Assembly: GCA_036172245.1 (NCBI GenBank)
Contig: JAYWIR010000045.1
Span: 1,426,001-1,490,000, forward strand
Length of the DNA stretch: 64,000 nt
Direction of reading: 5' to 3'
Source of the DNA: Raillietiella orientalis
Taxonomy: Eukaryota
Made by a program: the position numbers and the translations under genes. The notes beneath the pieces were generated by a model. That model was not told the DNA's origin. It was given only the letters and a program-made list of their open reading frames with translations, and searched no databases. Positions 50,701-64,000 of this stretch are shown here, in pieces. Each line of letters starts with the position of its first letter. Positions within the stretch are counted from its first letter, which is position 1.

Positions 50701-53700
50701 CACAGATCCAAATTCTAAAGTGGAGGATGGTTTGTGGCAACATGCAACAAAATGGAAACATGAAGTAGGGCACCATCTGATCTACCTTCCAGGATGAGGT
50801 CTGGGGAGCACCCACGATGGTTGCAGCATTGCTCTTCCGACTGGGTGATCAGCTGGCGATAACAACTCCAGTTTGGCGAACATCACGAGGGAGGGATAGA
50901 GGCGGGCTCCAAGGGCTATCGCTTCAGACAGCGAGATGGAATAATCGGAATGTCTGACTGGCTGCAGCAAGGACTTTGCTACTAGTGGGAGAAGATTTCA
51001 CTTCTGCTTCTCTTCTTCGAGATCTCTTTCTCTGTGCATGATATGCGTTGCTCCAGAAAATATCCTCTTTTTTTTTTCCTCGTATCCTCGAACCAGATCC
51101 ATGAGAAGAGATTGAAACTTCCAGTGCCCGGTCATCAGCTCAGGAGGGACCTGTGCCATGACTGTTGAACTGCAATAGGACGCAAGCTCCGAATAGTTCC
51201 ATAGTCAGGTTTCTTCAAAGGCAAAATAGGAGCGGCGGGAGCGCGTGTGCCGCTCGCTACCCAAAGGCAGAACAACCCTAAGCCGTTGCTCAAGTCCCGA
51301 ACCTACAGGATCGACAAAGTGCCTAGCTGCCATGTTGTCTTCATCGAAGGAGGGGCTCCTCTGCCGAAATGCTCCGCTGATCATTTAGCCTATCTGCTTT
51401 GGGATTTCACAGAGTTTTTGTTGCCGATGCAGGAACAGGTTTTTTTTTTTTTTTCCCCTGCAGATGGAAGAACTTGGCACCATCGCAAGGAACGCAGACA
51501 GAATCTCGAATGTTCGGCCAAACACTCCCGTGACTTCTGGAGATCCTTACTAGTGGAATGTGGTTCCTCCTGCCACGATGGACACGAAGAATGAATCTCG
51601 AAGCTGTCAAAAGGAGCCAACTCATGGGAATTTAAGGAAAGACTCCTAGGAGCTGGCACTACATTGGATGGATGCGCATCGGATCCCACAGAAGGCGTTA
51701 GTTGCTATGGGCAGCAGAACGGTGACCATGGAAGTCGGAATTCGCTAATGAGAGTGTAATAACTCACTTGCCGAAGCAATCGGCCCTGAAGATGGGTGGT
51801 GCGCTCAAGCGTCGAGTCTCTGTCTAACCAACGGGACAGAGCCATTCCTGTCTTCCGGCGTTCCGCCGCCAGGTTCATGCTCAGGTTCCGGAGAGGAGGA
51901 TGGTAGCGCGCAGAAGAAGGGTTCGGGCGCGAGCTTGCCTGGAGATGCTGTCGGCACAGAAAATACTCCAGTAGGATCCTATAGGTCCGATGCGGAGGAG
52001 GACTCCATGGGAACAGCCTTTGAGCATGCCTGGGTCTAGCCCCCAGGGAAATGGGTTCCAGAGTGCACAATAAAATGAATAAAACAGAATTTGGAGTGCG
52101 CCTCTGTGTGTTTGGTGTCTAAAGTGATCTGTTCTTTGTGAAATGTGCTGTCTTTATTCCCAGGGGAGAAGAGCAGACTCCATGAAAGAGCTTGGATGAG
52201 GTTGATGGCAAAGGATTCCCGACCACCATCATCCTTTCTTTGTGCAAAGGACTTCTACCGGGATTCCTTGTTCTCGGAATCCACAGAAGAAGAGTGGCTG
52301 GTCTACAATGATGCCTCTGCATGTAACCAGGTATATGATGGTAGGTAGGGATTCTGAGAAGAGTCATTTCGAAACGCGAGCTCATCCGCTGCTTTATTTA
52401 TGGCATGCGTCCCGGACTCGCAAGAGAACTCCCGAGAAGATCCAAAAAGGTGAGGGTGAGATCGTGCGAACAGAGAGTATTTTGGTTGTAGAAAATAGCA
52501 ATGGAGGTTCTCCATAGAGTGATATTTCAGGAGTCAACTTGCGCGATTCTGAATTCGCCATCCGTACTTTGTCCGCGACCCGTTCGCGTGGGACACAGGA
52601 CTGGGAAGCGGAAACTCCAATGTAGATCTTTGCTTCCGGGTGATCAAGCCGAACAATCTTCCCTGTTGGATGTCCGAGGATACGCAACAGAAAAGTTCTC
52701 TTCTGCTGAGCACGTTAGGAGCCCTGGAAGTTACATTCTCTGGGAGTGTGCCTTCTGATTGAAAGAGATATCTCTGCAGAGCAGAAAATTTTGCATGGTT
52801 CCTTGCCTAGCAACAATTAAAATAAAGCGCTGGTTTGCTTTAATAGAATAGCCTCCTGCTACAACAGAAGCCATAGAGACCAGAATCTTGTTTTCGATCC
52901 TTTTCTTCCTCATTCTTTCCTTCCTCTCTTATTATTTTAGAACGCAAGAAGACTTCCACCGTTTCTTGTTCGAAACAGTCTGGGACGAGGAGGCCATTGC
53001 ACGCGCAGCATCACACATGTCTTACTAACGTTTACCATCTTTCATGCAAAAGAGTTTTTGAATGACCTTCAGGATTTGGTTTTACCAGTGCATCTTTCAT
53101 TTTCTATTTTTGGAAATGCTGTGCCGCCTACAGCTTACTTTCTAGTCGCGGGACACCATTTCAGACCCTCTAAAGTTAGGGTTCTTCCTCTTATTGCCGA
53201 AGAAATAGAAACCATGCTTTCACTTTCGTAGCCAAAAAAAAAAAAAAGTATTGTTTGTATGCAGTCCACACTTCCTCCCAGAAGCAGCAGCCTTGAAAAT
53301 AAGAGCTGAAGGGAATAAATAAAGACATATATACATAGGAAACACTCTTCCCTCTTATATTTGCTTTAATGAAACGTTTCCAGCTATGCCACAGCTCTAG
53401 CGACAAGCAAACCTCGCAGACAGGATGCAGTTGCTGATCTTGACAACAAGAGAGATGCCCTCTTGTGCGTGTGCCTGCTTGGAAGAGCTTTCTTCCAAGT
53501 GAGGAGCACCGTCCACGAACCTGCACCCTGAGTCATCCGTGGCTGCATGTTCCAAAGAAGTGCTTGGATGCAGCTGCAATCTCACAAGAAATCTCTTCAT
53601 GCACAGAGCTGTTCAGCGCTACCATTTTCACACAGGCGACTGGAGGCATCGGACCCGCCCAAACGGCAGAGTGGAGGGGGGGAACGGTGGCTGCTTAAAA

Positions 53701-56700
53701 ACCGGATAGTTTCCAAGTGTGGGCACAAGAAGTGAGCTTTACTTCGATGCCTTCGAAGATTCCCTGACCACAACAAACAAACAAGGCTAAATCGCTTTAG
53801 GTCAGGTAGAAGACGAAGCTGGAACGGATGAAACGCCTGGCTTCTTTCTTCGTGGACGATAAACGCGCACATTAGGGGGACCAAATACTGGAAGGAGCCT
53901 TCAAACAAAAACATGCAGCATTTCGTGAAACAAAACGTAGGTGTTGATGCTGATGTTATCGAGTGCTGCTTCACATTTCTCCATCTTTTTTTTAAGGCTG
54001 CTTTGATATCAGAGAAAAAGGAAAAACTGCCACGCACTTTCTGTGCATCAGCAAAAAGCGGGCGTCCAAGATAGTTGACAGAATTCTGGTATTGGTTGCT
54101 CAGCTAGGGAGGACACGAGTAGGTTCGCTTCGAGTCGCAAAAACATCCGAATGCTATATGGGGACGGTATTTGTTCTCGGTGGCACAGTGAATGACCTTT
54201 CGTCAAGTGTGTTCATGGCGCATTCAAGATTTCCTCCCTCGGGGAAATAAGCACGGTGGGCTCATCTGCCGAGAGCAAAAATAGCATTCTTAAAGCGTCG
54301 GTTGAATTGTGCTGCTGTTCACTACCGCTGGCTCTGGTGAGAGAGGCACCTTCAGAGGAACCGGACGTATATCATGAGCAGAAGCCGATACCCACTTGGG
54401 CAGCACTTGACATCCTGCTCGTTCGGGTGACGTAATTGGTTTCTTTAGCTGCGACGAGGTATCCATTCGAGTTCGAGCCACTGCTCGCCTCGCCACGGGG
54501 TCTGTGATTCTCGGATCGAAAGAGGAGCCGGGGATTTTCAAGAGGGGCACGCGAACCGAGTTACGGTTTCCTCCACGAGGGGCGTTTCTTTCTTCGTTCT
54601 TGAGCTTTCCGTCTCTTTGCTTCCAATCCACCTCAGTAAGTGATTAAGTTCCTGATTCGTCTTCACAAGGACGTCACGCATCACCACGCTGCGTTGCATC
54701 CTTGTCTATTCACTCCAGCGGTGGTGCTGCTTAGTGCGGAGAGATACAATCCGTATCCCATTGGTGCACATAGTGTTACATAATACGATGTCGTACTGCA
54801 TGCCGTCTCGCGCCAGCCATAGCGAGAACGTGCATGACGTCAGTCAGTCAGTACGTTCGTTTGCCTTTGCAGCTGCTCACAGCGTGCTTGCGTGGCCGAT
54901 GTCGGCCGAGCAGCTTCCCTGAACGCATGTTGATCTCTCCATGCATGTCGTTGTAAAATTCTTCCCGAAAGATAGGCGCACTTTAAACTTTAGACGGAGG
55001 TCGTGAGTTCTAAACCCTCTCTGGCGCAACCAGCAAGTCAGCATACCGAATGCTCCCCTGAGCTTGTCACGTATTCAGATTTATCCAAAACAACGCTTCC
55101 CGTCCCAAAGAAGACAACTTTCGGCTCTTGGAACCACGTGAGATGCAAGTTGAGTAAAGTGGGAAGGTCGCAGATATTGCAGAAGAATTCCTTCCTTACA
55201 CAATACGAAGACCAGCTTTGTTTCCTCAAATAGGAGTAAAATAGGATTTCGGGTCTAGGGACTGAATGACAAAAATCATTGTTTTTTCCGCTTGGTTTTC
55301 CGATCCTTTGGGGACGATATTTACCGATCCACTGGATCAGTGAATGGAACTGGAGAGATGCTGCCTGCTTCAAACCTCGTGGGCCACCTCAGGCAAAAGC
55401 ATCGTTTGTTCATCCACATTTTCCACGGGAGAAGGTAATTTGCAGATCAGTGCATCCCGAGAAAATTTCAGGTGCTTAAGAATATCTCATTATCAAGCAT
55501 TCGATCTTGTTCTTGTGAGCTTTTGTCTTTCAGCAGGTAGGATCGTATAGACATCTGCTCTCATATGCGTTTTCAGGACTTTCCAATCACAGTAGCGGGG
55601 CTGTAATCCCTCCTCCCCCCTCAAACCGAGTCGTTGTTCTTTACTTCGGCAAATCGCAACAGTTTCTTGGAGCCACTGATGACAACGGGATCGATCGCTT
55701 CCGCCGTCAGTGGTATTCTGAGCAAAAGTAAGGACCAAAGAGCCAGTTTTGTCTGTGCACTTTCGACCATGCCTGCATCAGTGGCGCCTTCAAGGTTTGT
55801 GGGAACACTACTGCTCCGTGGTCATGGTAGGCCGTCAGTTTGGCCTTCAACGATGGAACGAGCAATATATGGGCTTTCTCAAAGCCTTGCCGGAGCTCAA
55901 TAATGCTCCTAGAATCAAGTGACCATCTCACATCGCTCCATCCTTTACTCACTGTTCAGCTAGCCAGAGAAGAAAACGGGTTGATTTGTTTAGCATGTTC
56001 CCTGCGACAGTGCCGGCTTAGTGTGCACCGCGTCAGATGGAGCCCTCCAGACCCAGTCTGGTGGGTGATACGAAGAGCTGGAAATCCGGAGAAAGCTTTC
56101 GGAGAAGCCTTACGGACACCTCGTTAAAGTAGATTCTGGTGACCTGCATTGTTTTGGTTGACTAAGAGAATGCTCTTCCTACGCTTAGCCACCGGCTTCC
56201 CCTGTTACTAAAGCAAAAATTGCAGACGCCTGCAAACGACAAGACCTTCATCTTCCGTCGTGCTTTTCGTCTTGGATTTTCCCTCTCCCTGAAAGTCCAG
56301 CAGCGGCCGCTTGCCTCTTACAGCCTCGATCGAAGAACCAGAAGAGCTCCACGGATTCACTCCTGCTCCTTCTGTTTCTTCGGTTCAGTCAAACCCATTC
56401 GCATCACCTAGCAGATGTAACGAGAGGAGAAGGGTTTTCCATTCACAGGTAGGCGTGTTGCCCAGGTTACCAATCTGCATGCAAATCACTCGCAGGTCTG
56501 CATCTCTCGAGTGAACCCACGGCAGTGAAAGCCTGCAAACATCGAGGCACCTTATCTGTCCATTTCATCGATCATCTGCAGCGAGACGAAATTTCTGGCA
56601 CGCAGAGTTGTAGGGCTCTGTAGGTGGCGGTGCAGCCATGCGCCGGTCTGCTGTCTTTCTTCCCGGCGCAGGCGTGCAAATGGGGACGCTCGGTCGGTAG

Positions 56701-58764
56701 TAGGGGACACTTTAGCGATCCCTGTCTCGTCGCAACAGGAAGGGAGGGAGGAGGTGGGGGGAGCAATTGCTTCCTAGTTGGATTCCTGAGAGATAGAATC
56801 GGCCTGCCAGAACCTCGCATGGTCGAAAAGGATGCGGAAATGGACATCGTCGGAACGGCATCCGTCCGGAGAGCAGACACATCTGGGATCGGAACAATCT
56901 GTAGGTGGCGACAGAAAATCCCGGGTATGTGTCGATGGTGCTCACTCTCCCAAGCAAGGGAATGTCTCCGTCGCTATCCTTAGTATGGCCAAAAAAATAG
57001 AAAACAACTTCGAAACGAGGCACCCATGTACAGATGGAAATATAACAGGATGAATACACTCTCGGTCGCCTGCACAAAGTCATCCTCGTTGCGCCGCTCC
57101 GCGCGCGTCCAGGCCAGAAGACATCGTCATCGCGTGAGTCTGCTGGGGGGAAAACCGAACAGGCAGACTTTGATATATGAGACCAAACGAGGTTTTTCCC
57201 ATCTGGAGTCTAGCTGACCCGGAGTAAAAAGACGTGTGGATTGGTTCGAGACTCGAAACCAAGGACGCTGCGGAGCTTCGGCGGATGAATGCTTATTAGG
57301 ATTTGGGTAATCTGGCGATGACCTTGTGCTACTACGTATTTAATGTTTTCTTTTCTAGACAGCTCTCAGTGCTTCGAAGATCCGCGGGAGTGTTTGCCGC
57401 TGGACCATTTCCTCTCTGTGCACGCCGTGAGAGTTCTCCTACAGGTAACTAAGCGAAGTTTCCTCTAGGAGGGAAGAAGACGCAACGGCAGATGGGGATG
57501 ACCGTAAGATGCGGGATGGGTTGCGCCTATTCGGCTGCTTGTGACGCTGGACGCAGCAGAAGCGATTCCGCTCAGCATCCGCTTTCGGAGCGCCCGACAT
57601 CCGACGAACGTGTGGGTGGTGGGTGGTGGATACGGAGCCTCGAAGATGAATACTCCTTCCTTCTCTTCCTGTCGATGCTGGGAAGTTGACCTAATAATCC
57701 CACTGGTGCATGAGTGTGGGAAGTGGAGGAAGGGGGAAGTGAGACTGAGGGCCCACCCGCGAGAGGATGGAGGGGGCTGAGGGTTGCCTGTGTCTTTCCC
57801 ATTTGGAAAAGGTTGATCCGAAGCGCCGCGAATGAGTGACCCGACCCCCAGGCACGACCCCCTCTGCACCGTTCCATGTCACGATACTCGAGAAGTGGTG
57901 GAGCTCTGGGGGTTTGGAGGGGTTCACCTTGAGGCTGATGGGGGCAGGGAAGACCTACGTCCGCAGACTCGGATGGAGGAACATCCCTGAACTTCCATCC
58001 TCCAGGCCGGTCGCTCCCTGGAGATCCGGGAAGGATCAGTTGCTGCTCCTACCGCAGCCACAACCACTCGTCATCCGCTGCTTCCACTCTGGCGTCTCTG
58101 TGAGCTGGGATCGAAGAGGGGAGAAATCTGGATGATCTGCGATCCATGACGCATGTTCACGTAGTCCAGGCCTCTCGAGGCCTCCAGGGTCAACTTCCTT
58201 CCCTTCTTGCCGAAGCTGTCCTTCCACGCTTTCACCTCAGCTTCCCTTAGAGGAAGAGACAGCTCCATACTCTGCCTGCTTTGTGGATCGATGAAATACC
58301 CTCCGACAACTCTTTGCTGTTCCTCTTCTTCTCCTTCCCCTTCCTTTCTTTTCCTCCCTTTCTTCCTCGGCGCGGTCTCGGAACGAGCGGGTCCACGCAG
58401 CCACAAGAAGGATTCTTCCTGGCAACTCCAGTTCCTCCCCATCCTCCCCCTCTCCGGTGGACAAGAACGCGTCCGGTGACGTGAGGTAGGGTGTTTTTTT
58501 TCTCCAATGCTTGCTCGATCCTCTCGCTCCTTCCCCTGCGCCTGCTTTCCTGGAAGATGCCCCTTTTTCCCCTCTAGCGCCGAAGGAGCTCGATTTTTCA
58601 GTCGGCTCCTCGACTCGCGGAAGCGCAGGGAATGCGGACGCTTTCGTTTGCGGGAGGACTCAATGCTCTCCTCCCCCTCCCTCATTCCCTGGGTGTGAGG
58701 GGAGCGAGCTCCTCCGGGCATTTTCTGACGAGAGTCCTGTCTCCCCTCTGATTGCAGGCACCCG

Positions 58765-60644
58765 ATGTCCCTACGCGTTTTCCTCTTGCTTCTGGCAACC
58801 ACTTCGGTCCTCTGCCGCCCAGAAGAAGGGTCGATCCAGTTCGAGGGGGATTACGAGACCAATAAGACCTTAGAAGAGGAGGACGAGGAGCTAAGGAGCT
58901 TCATCCCTTTGCGCTCCTGCGGGATCCGCAAGTGCGTCTGTGTTCCCCCTTCCCAGTGCAGCAGGGTCTGCCCCGGAGTGGGACCCGGGGGTGCGCTGCA
59001 AAGCAGCCAACAGTCCAGTAGCCAGCAGTCTTCGTCACAAGAGTCCTCGAGCGTCGTGTCCGGATCCTCATTCTCCCACTCTCAGTCGTCGTCGTCGTCC
59101 TCCTCCTCCTCCTCGTCGTCCTCCTTCCAGAAAGCAGGCTACCCCATTCCTTTGCAGCCGTGTCCTTCTCTACCCGGAGGTGACGGGGGGGTTGTTCCCG
59201 GAGGAGGCCGTCCCGGGGGAGGCGTTGTTCCCGGGGGAGGCGTTGTTCCCGGGGGAGGCGTTGTTCCCGGAGGAGGCGTTGTTCCCGGAGGAGTCCTTCC
59301 CGGAGGAGTCCTTCCCGGAGGAGGCCGTCCCGGGGGAGGCGTTGTTCCCGGAGGAGTTCTTCCCGGAGGAGTTCTTCCCGGAGGAGGCCGTCCCGGGGGA
59401 GTCCTTCCTGGTGCTCCCACTGACGGCTCGGGTCTCATAGACATCCGGATAGTCAATACGAAGGTAAGCAGCAGGGCATTCCCCGTTCCGCTCCCAGAAC
59501 CCACTCTTCGGATGCTGACCAGGATACGAAGTTCGGCCAGTGCGCTCCGGGGTTGGTCTTGTGCTGCGCCGGCATCCCTGTGCCCAGGCCCCCTGGCTCC
59601 AGTCCCGGCCGAGTAAGCGCCGTCCTCCGGGACGAAGGGGGGTCTCTGTAGCCTTTTCTCGTTCTCTCCCTCTCGCGCAGGCGGAATTCGGGGAATACCC
59701 GTGGCACGCGATCATCCTGACCGTGGACGAGCACTACGTGGGGGGTGGAGTACTGATCAGCCCCACTCGGGTACTGACTGCGGCCCACACGGTGCAGAGG
59801 AGGTGAGTCGTCCTCGGAAGTGGATGTGATTGGAGTTTCTTGTCTTCCTCCCCCTCCCTTCCCCCTCCCTCCGCACCGCCTCTTCCGTCACCGAAGCAAC
59901 AAGCAGCTGATGGTCCGCCTGGGAGAGTGGAACGCCGGGGACAACACCGAACCGTTCCCCAGCCGAGACTTCCTCGTGACCACCGTCGTCGCCCACGAGA
60001 GGTTCAACCCGGAGAACCTCTTCTACGACGTCGCCCTGCTCACCCTGGAGAAGCCCGTGGACGTCATCAACCTGCCCCATGTGTCCTCGGCGTGCCTGCC
60101 GAACCCGAGGTCCAAGTTCGCCTTCAACAGGTGAGGGCAGGGGACTCTCCTCCTCATGCGGCGCACGCGCCTGTTCCCTTTCCCTCCTCCAGGTGCTTTG
60201 CTTCCGGGTTCGGAAAAGACGCCTTCAATGGCAGGTTCCAGATCATCATGAAGGAGGTGGACGTCCCGCTGATACCCCCCGACCAATGCGAGGCGCGGCT
60301 GCGCAACACCCGGCTGGGACCGACGTTTACCCTCAACCGGGAGAGCTTCATCTGCGCAGGAGGAGAGGAAGGGAAAGACACCTGCCAGGTAAGCATGGCG
60401 AAGGCCTGAAGGGGAAGGGGGGAGAAGGATCTCCGGGAGGAAAGAACGTTCTCTCACCCTCCTACCTCTCCGTATCCAGGGAGACGGAGGGTCGCCCTTG
60501 GTGTGCCAGGCCCCCAACCTGCAGTTCTATGTTGTGGGTCTCGTGGCCTGGGGGATCGACTGTGGCAAGGAGAACTACCCGGGAGTCTACGTGAATGTCG
60601 GCAAATTCTACAGCTGGATCGTGGACAAGACGGGACCCCTCTGA
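58765..60644 (+). CDS. Clip-domain serine protease homolog (non-catalytic, phenoloxidase-activating factor 2 / masquerade-like), 501 aa, secreted
   Basis: Exons 58765-59463, 59523-59612, 59681-59802, 59897-60130, 60193-60388 and 60480-60644, all GT-AG and phase-consistent (1506 nt). Hydrophobic signal peptide MSLRVFLLLLATTSVLC. Clip-type motifs CVCVPPSQC, TDGSGLIDIRIVN and CAPGLVLCC. Trypsin-fold motifs [56 protein letters not shown] and GLVAWGIDCG...PGVYVNV. The catalytic Ser is replaced by Gly. Confidence 0.95.
59002..59124 (+). repeat. Ser/Gln-rich low-complexity coding tract
   Basis: SSQQSSSQQSSSQESSSVVSGSSFSHSQSSSSSSSSSSSSS, encoded partly by TCG/TCC triplet runs. Confidence 0.9.
59185..59412 (+). 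repeat. Coding minisatellite of 15-18-bp units encoding GGVVPG / GVLPG / GGRPG
   Basis: Units such as GGCGTTGTTCCCGGGGGA, GTCCTTCCCGGAGGA and GGCCGTCCCGGGGGA are tandemly repeated in exon 1 of the protease homolog. Confidence 0.92.
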
Positions 60645-60891
60645 GCGGCGTTCCTTTCCCTCACACCTGCCTGTCGAAGGCTTCTCTTCAATGTTCCCTT
60701 CCTCATCCCCTCTCTTTTTCTTCTTCCCTCCCTCCCTTTTTCTTCTTCCGCTCCCTCCATCTTCCTGTCCTCCATCTTTCGTCACGGCCCTCCTTCGCGG
60801 GGCAGGGAAGAGTCTGGGGGAGGAGGAGGTCAAGGAGGATGTCCTGTCTCTCCTTCCCACACGCCGCTTCCTCTCGCCCTAGTTTTCGGCT

Positions 60892-60897
60892 AATAAA
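60892..60897 (+). promoter_or_regulatory. Candidate polyadenylation signal of the protease-homolog gene
   Basis: AATAAA about 250 nt after the stop codon, followed by a T-rich tract at about 60940. Confidence 0.55.
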
Positions 60898-63800
60898 GAT
60901 TCCAGGAAGTCGACTTGCTCCTCCTCCTTCTCCGTTCTCGTTTTTTTTTCTTTCTTTCCTTTCCGCTCGTCTCTTCCGGGCCTTTCTCAAGCTCCGTGAG
61001 CGCGCACATGGACCCCCCAGGAGAGTGTGCAACTCATCCTTCCCATCCAGGGGGGGTCGTGAGGTGGGTACCTGGTGAAAAAGGGAGGGAAGAGGGAAAG
61101 GGCAGGTGTATGTGCGCTAAGAGGGGGTCGGTTCTCCTCCGGATCTCATCCAAGAATCCGGATGAGGGGTCCTTTTCAGGAGGGCTTCTTCGGAGAGCGG
61201 CGCCTCCCGAGCGCCCTCAGAAAAAGAGAGCTGGGTTGGAGTCGGCGAGGTTCGTTCGATCCAGTTGAACTCCAGACGGTGTCAAGAGCCCACCGTCCGG
61301 AAGTTTCCCTCGGGAAAGAAACGGAAACAGTCGCGGGTCGAGATAATCGGAAGAGAGCGCCCTCTCCCCCGTTTCCTACCCCCCTCCCCCTCTTTCGTCT
61401 GAGCCGTGCATCCTCTCCCCAAAACGGCGAAGAGACGCGGAAGGGTGGGTGGGGTGGGAGGGGACCGCAAGCGGCGATGCCTTGAACGAAGATGCTGCCT
61501 CAAGCACGGGGCCTTTCCTCTTCCTGTTTTGCGTGTTCTCTTCTCCCCCCTTTCCCGAGAAAAAAGGAAGTCCGATCAAACAGCCCCGGTGGGGGGACGG
61601 ACTCATGCTGGTACTCCTGAACGAACCAGAACCCCCAAAGGAGACGCGTGCCTTGCTGGGAAGATGACCTGAACTGGTTGGTTGAATCCGCTCTTGAGGC
61701 AGGAGCCCTATCCCTTCCTATCCCCGTCATCGGCTGCAGGCAGAGTGGGGAGACAGGCTCCAGATGATAGGCGGAGGGGTGCCTCCGACGATGGCTGGTG
61801 TCCCAGGAAGAGGTTCTGCTTGTTGAGATAACGGAAGGCGAAAGAAGGACGAAGATGCTTGTTCCTCTTCTCGTTCTCCATCTCCATACACGCACCGCCG
61901 CAGGGAATTCCCTTCCATTCTCCGAAGCAGCTGCTCAGTAGGTCTTGCACTCTCCGGCAGTGTCTGTGGCAAGGCGCCGAGGAGACCGCAAGACCGACCG
62001 ACTGAGAGAGGTCAGCAGGCGGCATCGACCCTAGTATCCTTCCTTCTCGTCGCCTTCGTTTCCGTCCCTTGGGGCTTTACTTGCCCGGCGGTCGGTCGGC
62101 CTCCGCCAACGCAGTGACTTAGCGCGCCGTCGCCGGGCCAACGCACACTGTGCTTGTGACTCCTTCCTCCTCCTCCACAAAGCTCTACCCAGCGTACAGT
62201 ATTACCCTCATCCCCTCCGCACCCCTCTCAGGTCATGATCAACAATACCTTGCTTGCTTCCCCGTCTCCCCTTTGGCCCGCTGCGGCGGGAGGGGACGGA
62301 GATCTCCGCTTCCCTCCAGCCCTGACAAGAGGGAAGTTGAACGGCAGAACGTTGGGAACGACCGGTTACCGCAGCCAAAATAGCCTCGTGACCCCCTCCT
62401 CCTCTTCGGGATGGACGTGAATTCTGGTTCCCAGAACGCCCCCTGGGGTGCTGCGCGAACCGCCCCAGAGGGAAGCGACGGGTTTCCTGAAAATCCTTTC
62501 GGGATTTTCTCCGAGAGAGAAATAAGTGGAGTGTGGGCGGACTCAGGGGAATCCTGCTCTACCCCCTCCCTTGAACTCTCCTTGGAGACTGTAGGTCCGG
62601 TTCTCAGTTTCATCACAACAGTCCTTTCCAAGGGCCACGCGACCTCTATTGGCATTGCGTAGTGCCACTTGGGGAAATCAGGAGAGGAGGAACGAACCTA
62701 CGGACTGGATGCCTGAGGGTCGAACATCCTCCGTCCTCTCATGGGAGGAACGAGTAGTCACAGGAACTCCGGAGAGGACGGAATGTTTGCCGCAAGCTCT
62801 TCTCGTTTACCCTAATTGAGGTGGCCCCTGAGGAGTGCTCCGGATTAAGGATTCCGACCACCCTGTTTCGCGTGCGGGAGGCTGGACGCTGGGATGCGAA
62901 GGATCCTGAGGTGGATGCTAGATGGAAGTAGACGTGAATACAAAGCCTACTCCATAATCACTCCACGTGTCTTCGTTGAACCATCCACGAATGAATCGAT
63001 CGAATCCATTCCAGTCCTTCAGGGTTCCCACTGTTCCGCAAGCTCTGGAAGCTCCGCTTCGAGCACTCCAAAACGTGATCCCGAGCAGAGATCATCTGCA
63101 GTCTCGGTGATTATGAAGATTTAGCCGCTGTAAGGTGGCGCCTCTTGGCAGCGATAGGCTGCTGAGCTGGAAAAGACCCTTTCTTGGAGACCCGCGGAGG
63201 ACTTGTGCGCGCGGGCAAATAGCGCGGTCGTGGCTGAAGAGAGGGGCGCTGCACCGTGCCTGTCTCTGCAGGGAGGAGGGGGAAGAGCGAGAGCTGGCTA
63301 AGACGAAGCGAAAGCATTTTCTGCATCGCTTGGGTTGCGTATAGGAATGCAGCTGTTCCGGAGCTTTGAATTTCAAGGTCAGCACAGAGGCAGAGAAATT
63401 TCAAAGGAGAGAAAGATGCTCCACGTTTCGCAAATCCAGATACGACTCAGCGTTCCGTAGAGCACCCGTCCTTGGGTTCCTGAAGTTTGGGGAGCAGTCG
63501 TTGCTGCGATTAGCCGATAGCTGTTTGAACCTGAGCAAACAGGAGAGTCTTAGAAAATGCTTCGTTCCTCGAGCACTCGGACAACTTTGGAAATGGCGAC
63601 GATGGGAGGATGGAAATGATGATCGTTATGCGTTCCTGTGTTTACTTGGGTCCCCAACTCGAGCACCCTTCAACATCTAGGTTTTCGAGCATCTGAAGAT
63701 TATTGAGTTAATCAACTTATTTGAAATCATTTCTTCACGTGTTCAGAGAAGAACTCTTTCCACTATCGAGGTGGTTTTTCGACTACGTTCCGCATCCGGG

Positions 63801-64000
63801 ACGCATCTGTTTGTGGGCACCATCGTCCATACTGCGGTCGTTGTTGCGGCGTTCGCTAGACTTTCAGAAATGGAACCATGCCTGGTCGTGCACAAGGGAG
63901 AGTGCCTCGTACAATGGTCTTATACACGAGACAAAAGTTCATTTCAAAACGCTCCATCGACCTCTGTAAAAGTCCCTGCATTGGAAGTTTTATGCTCATA

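Overview
Eukaryotic, intron-containing animal DNA, most likely arthropod (inferred from a clip-domain serine protease homolog, an insect-like GOLPH3 and 50-95 nt introns). Three genes are well supported. (1) A very large + strand gene at about 22.3-31.6 kb. Its giant exon holds a GC-rich, near-identical tandem array (1203-bp / 401-aa period, about 5.3 copies, ending at a 99-N gap) built from 33-34-aa units carrying a SAXO/MAP6 Mn-like motif. (2) A complete four-exon GOLPH3 at 40063-41850. (3) A complete six-exon, catalytically inactive clip-domain serine protease homolog (PPAF2-like) at 58765-60644 with Ser-rich and elastin-like Gly/Val/Pro inserts. There is also a 524-bp AT-rich foldback (MITE-like) element, a CpG-rich island at about 7.7-10.8 kb, microsatellites, short dispersed duplications and several exon-like fragments with in-frame stops. 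The most unusual signals are the 1/2/6/12-unit hierarchy of the repeat protein and the mirror-image strand skew (A/C-rich left, G/T-rich right) on either side of the array. Much of 1-21 kb, 32-39 kb, 42-58 kb and 61-64 kb could not be assigned by eye.
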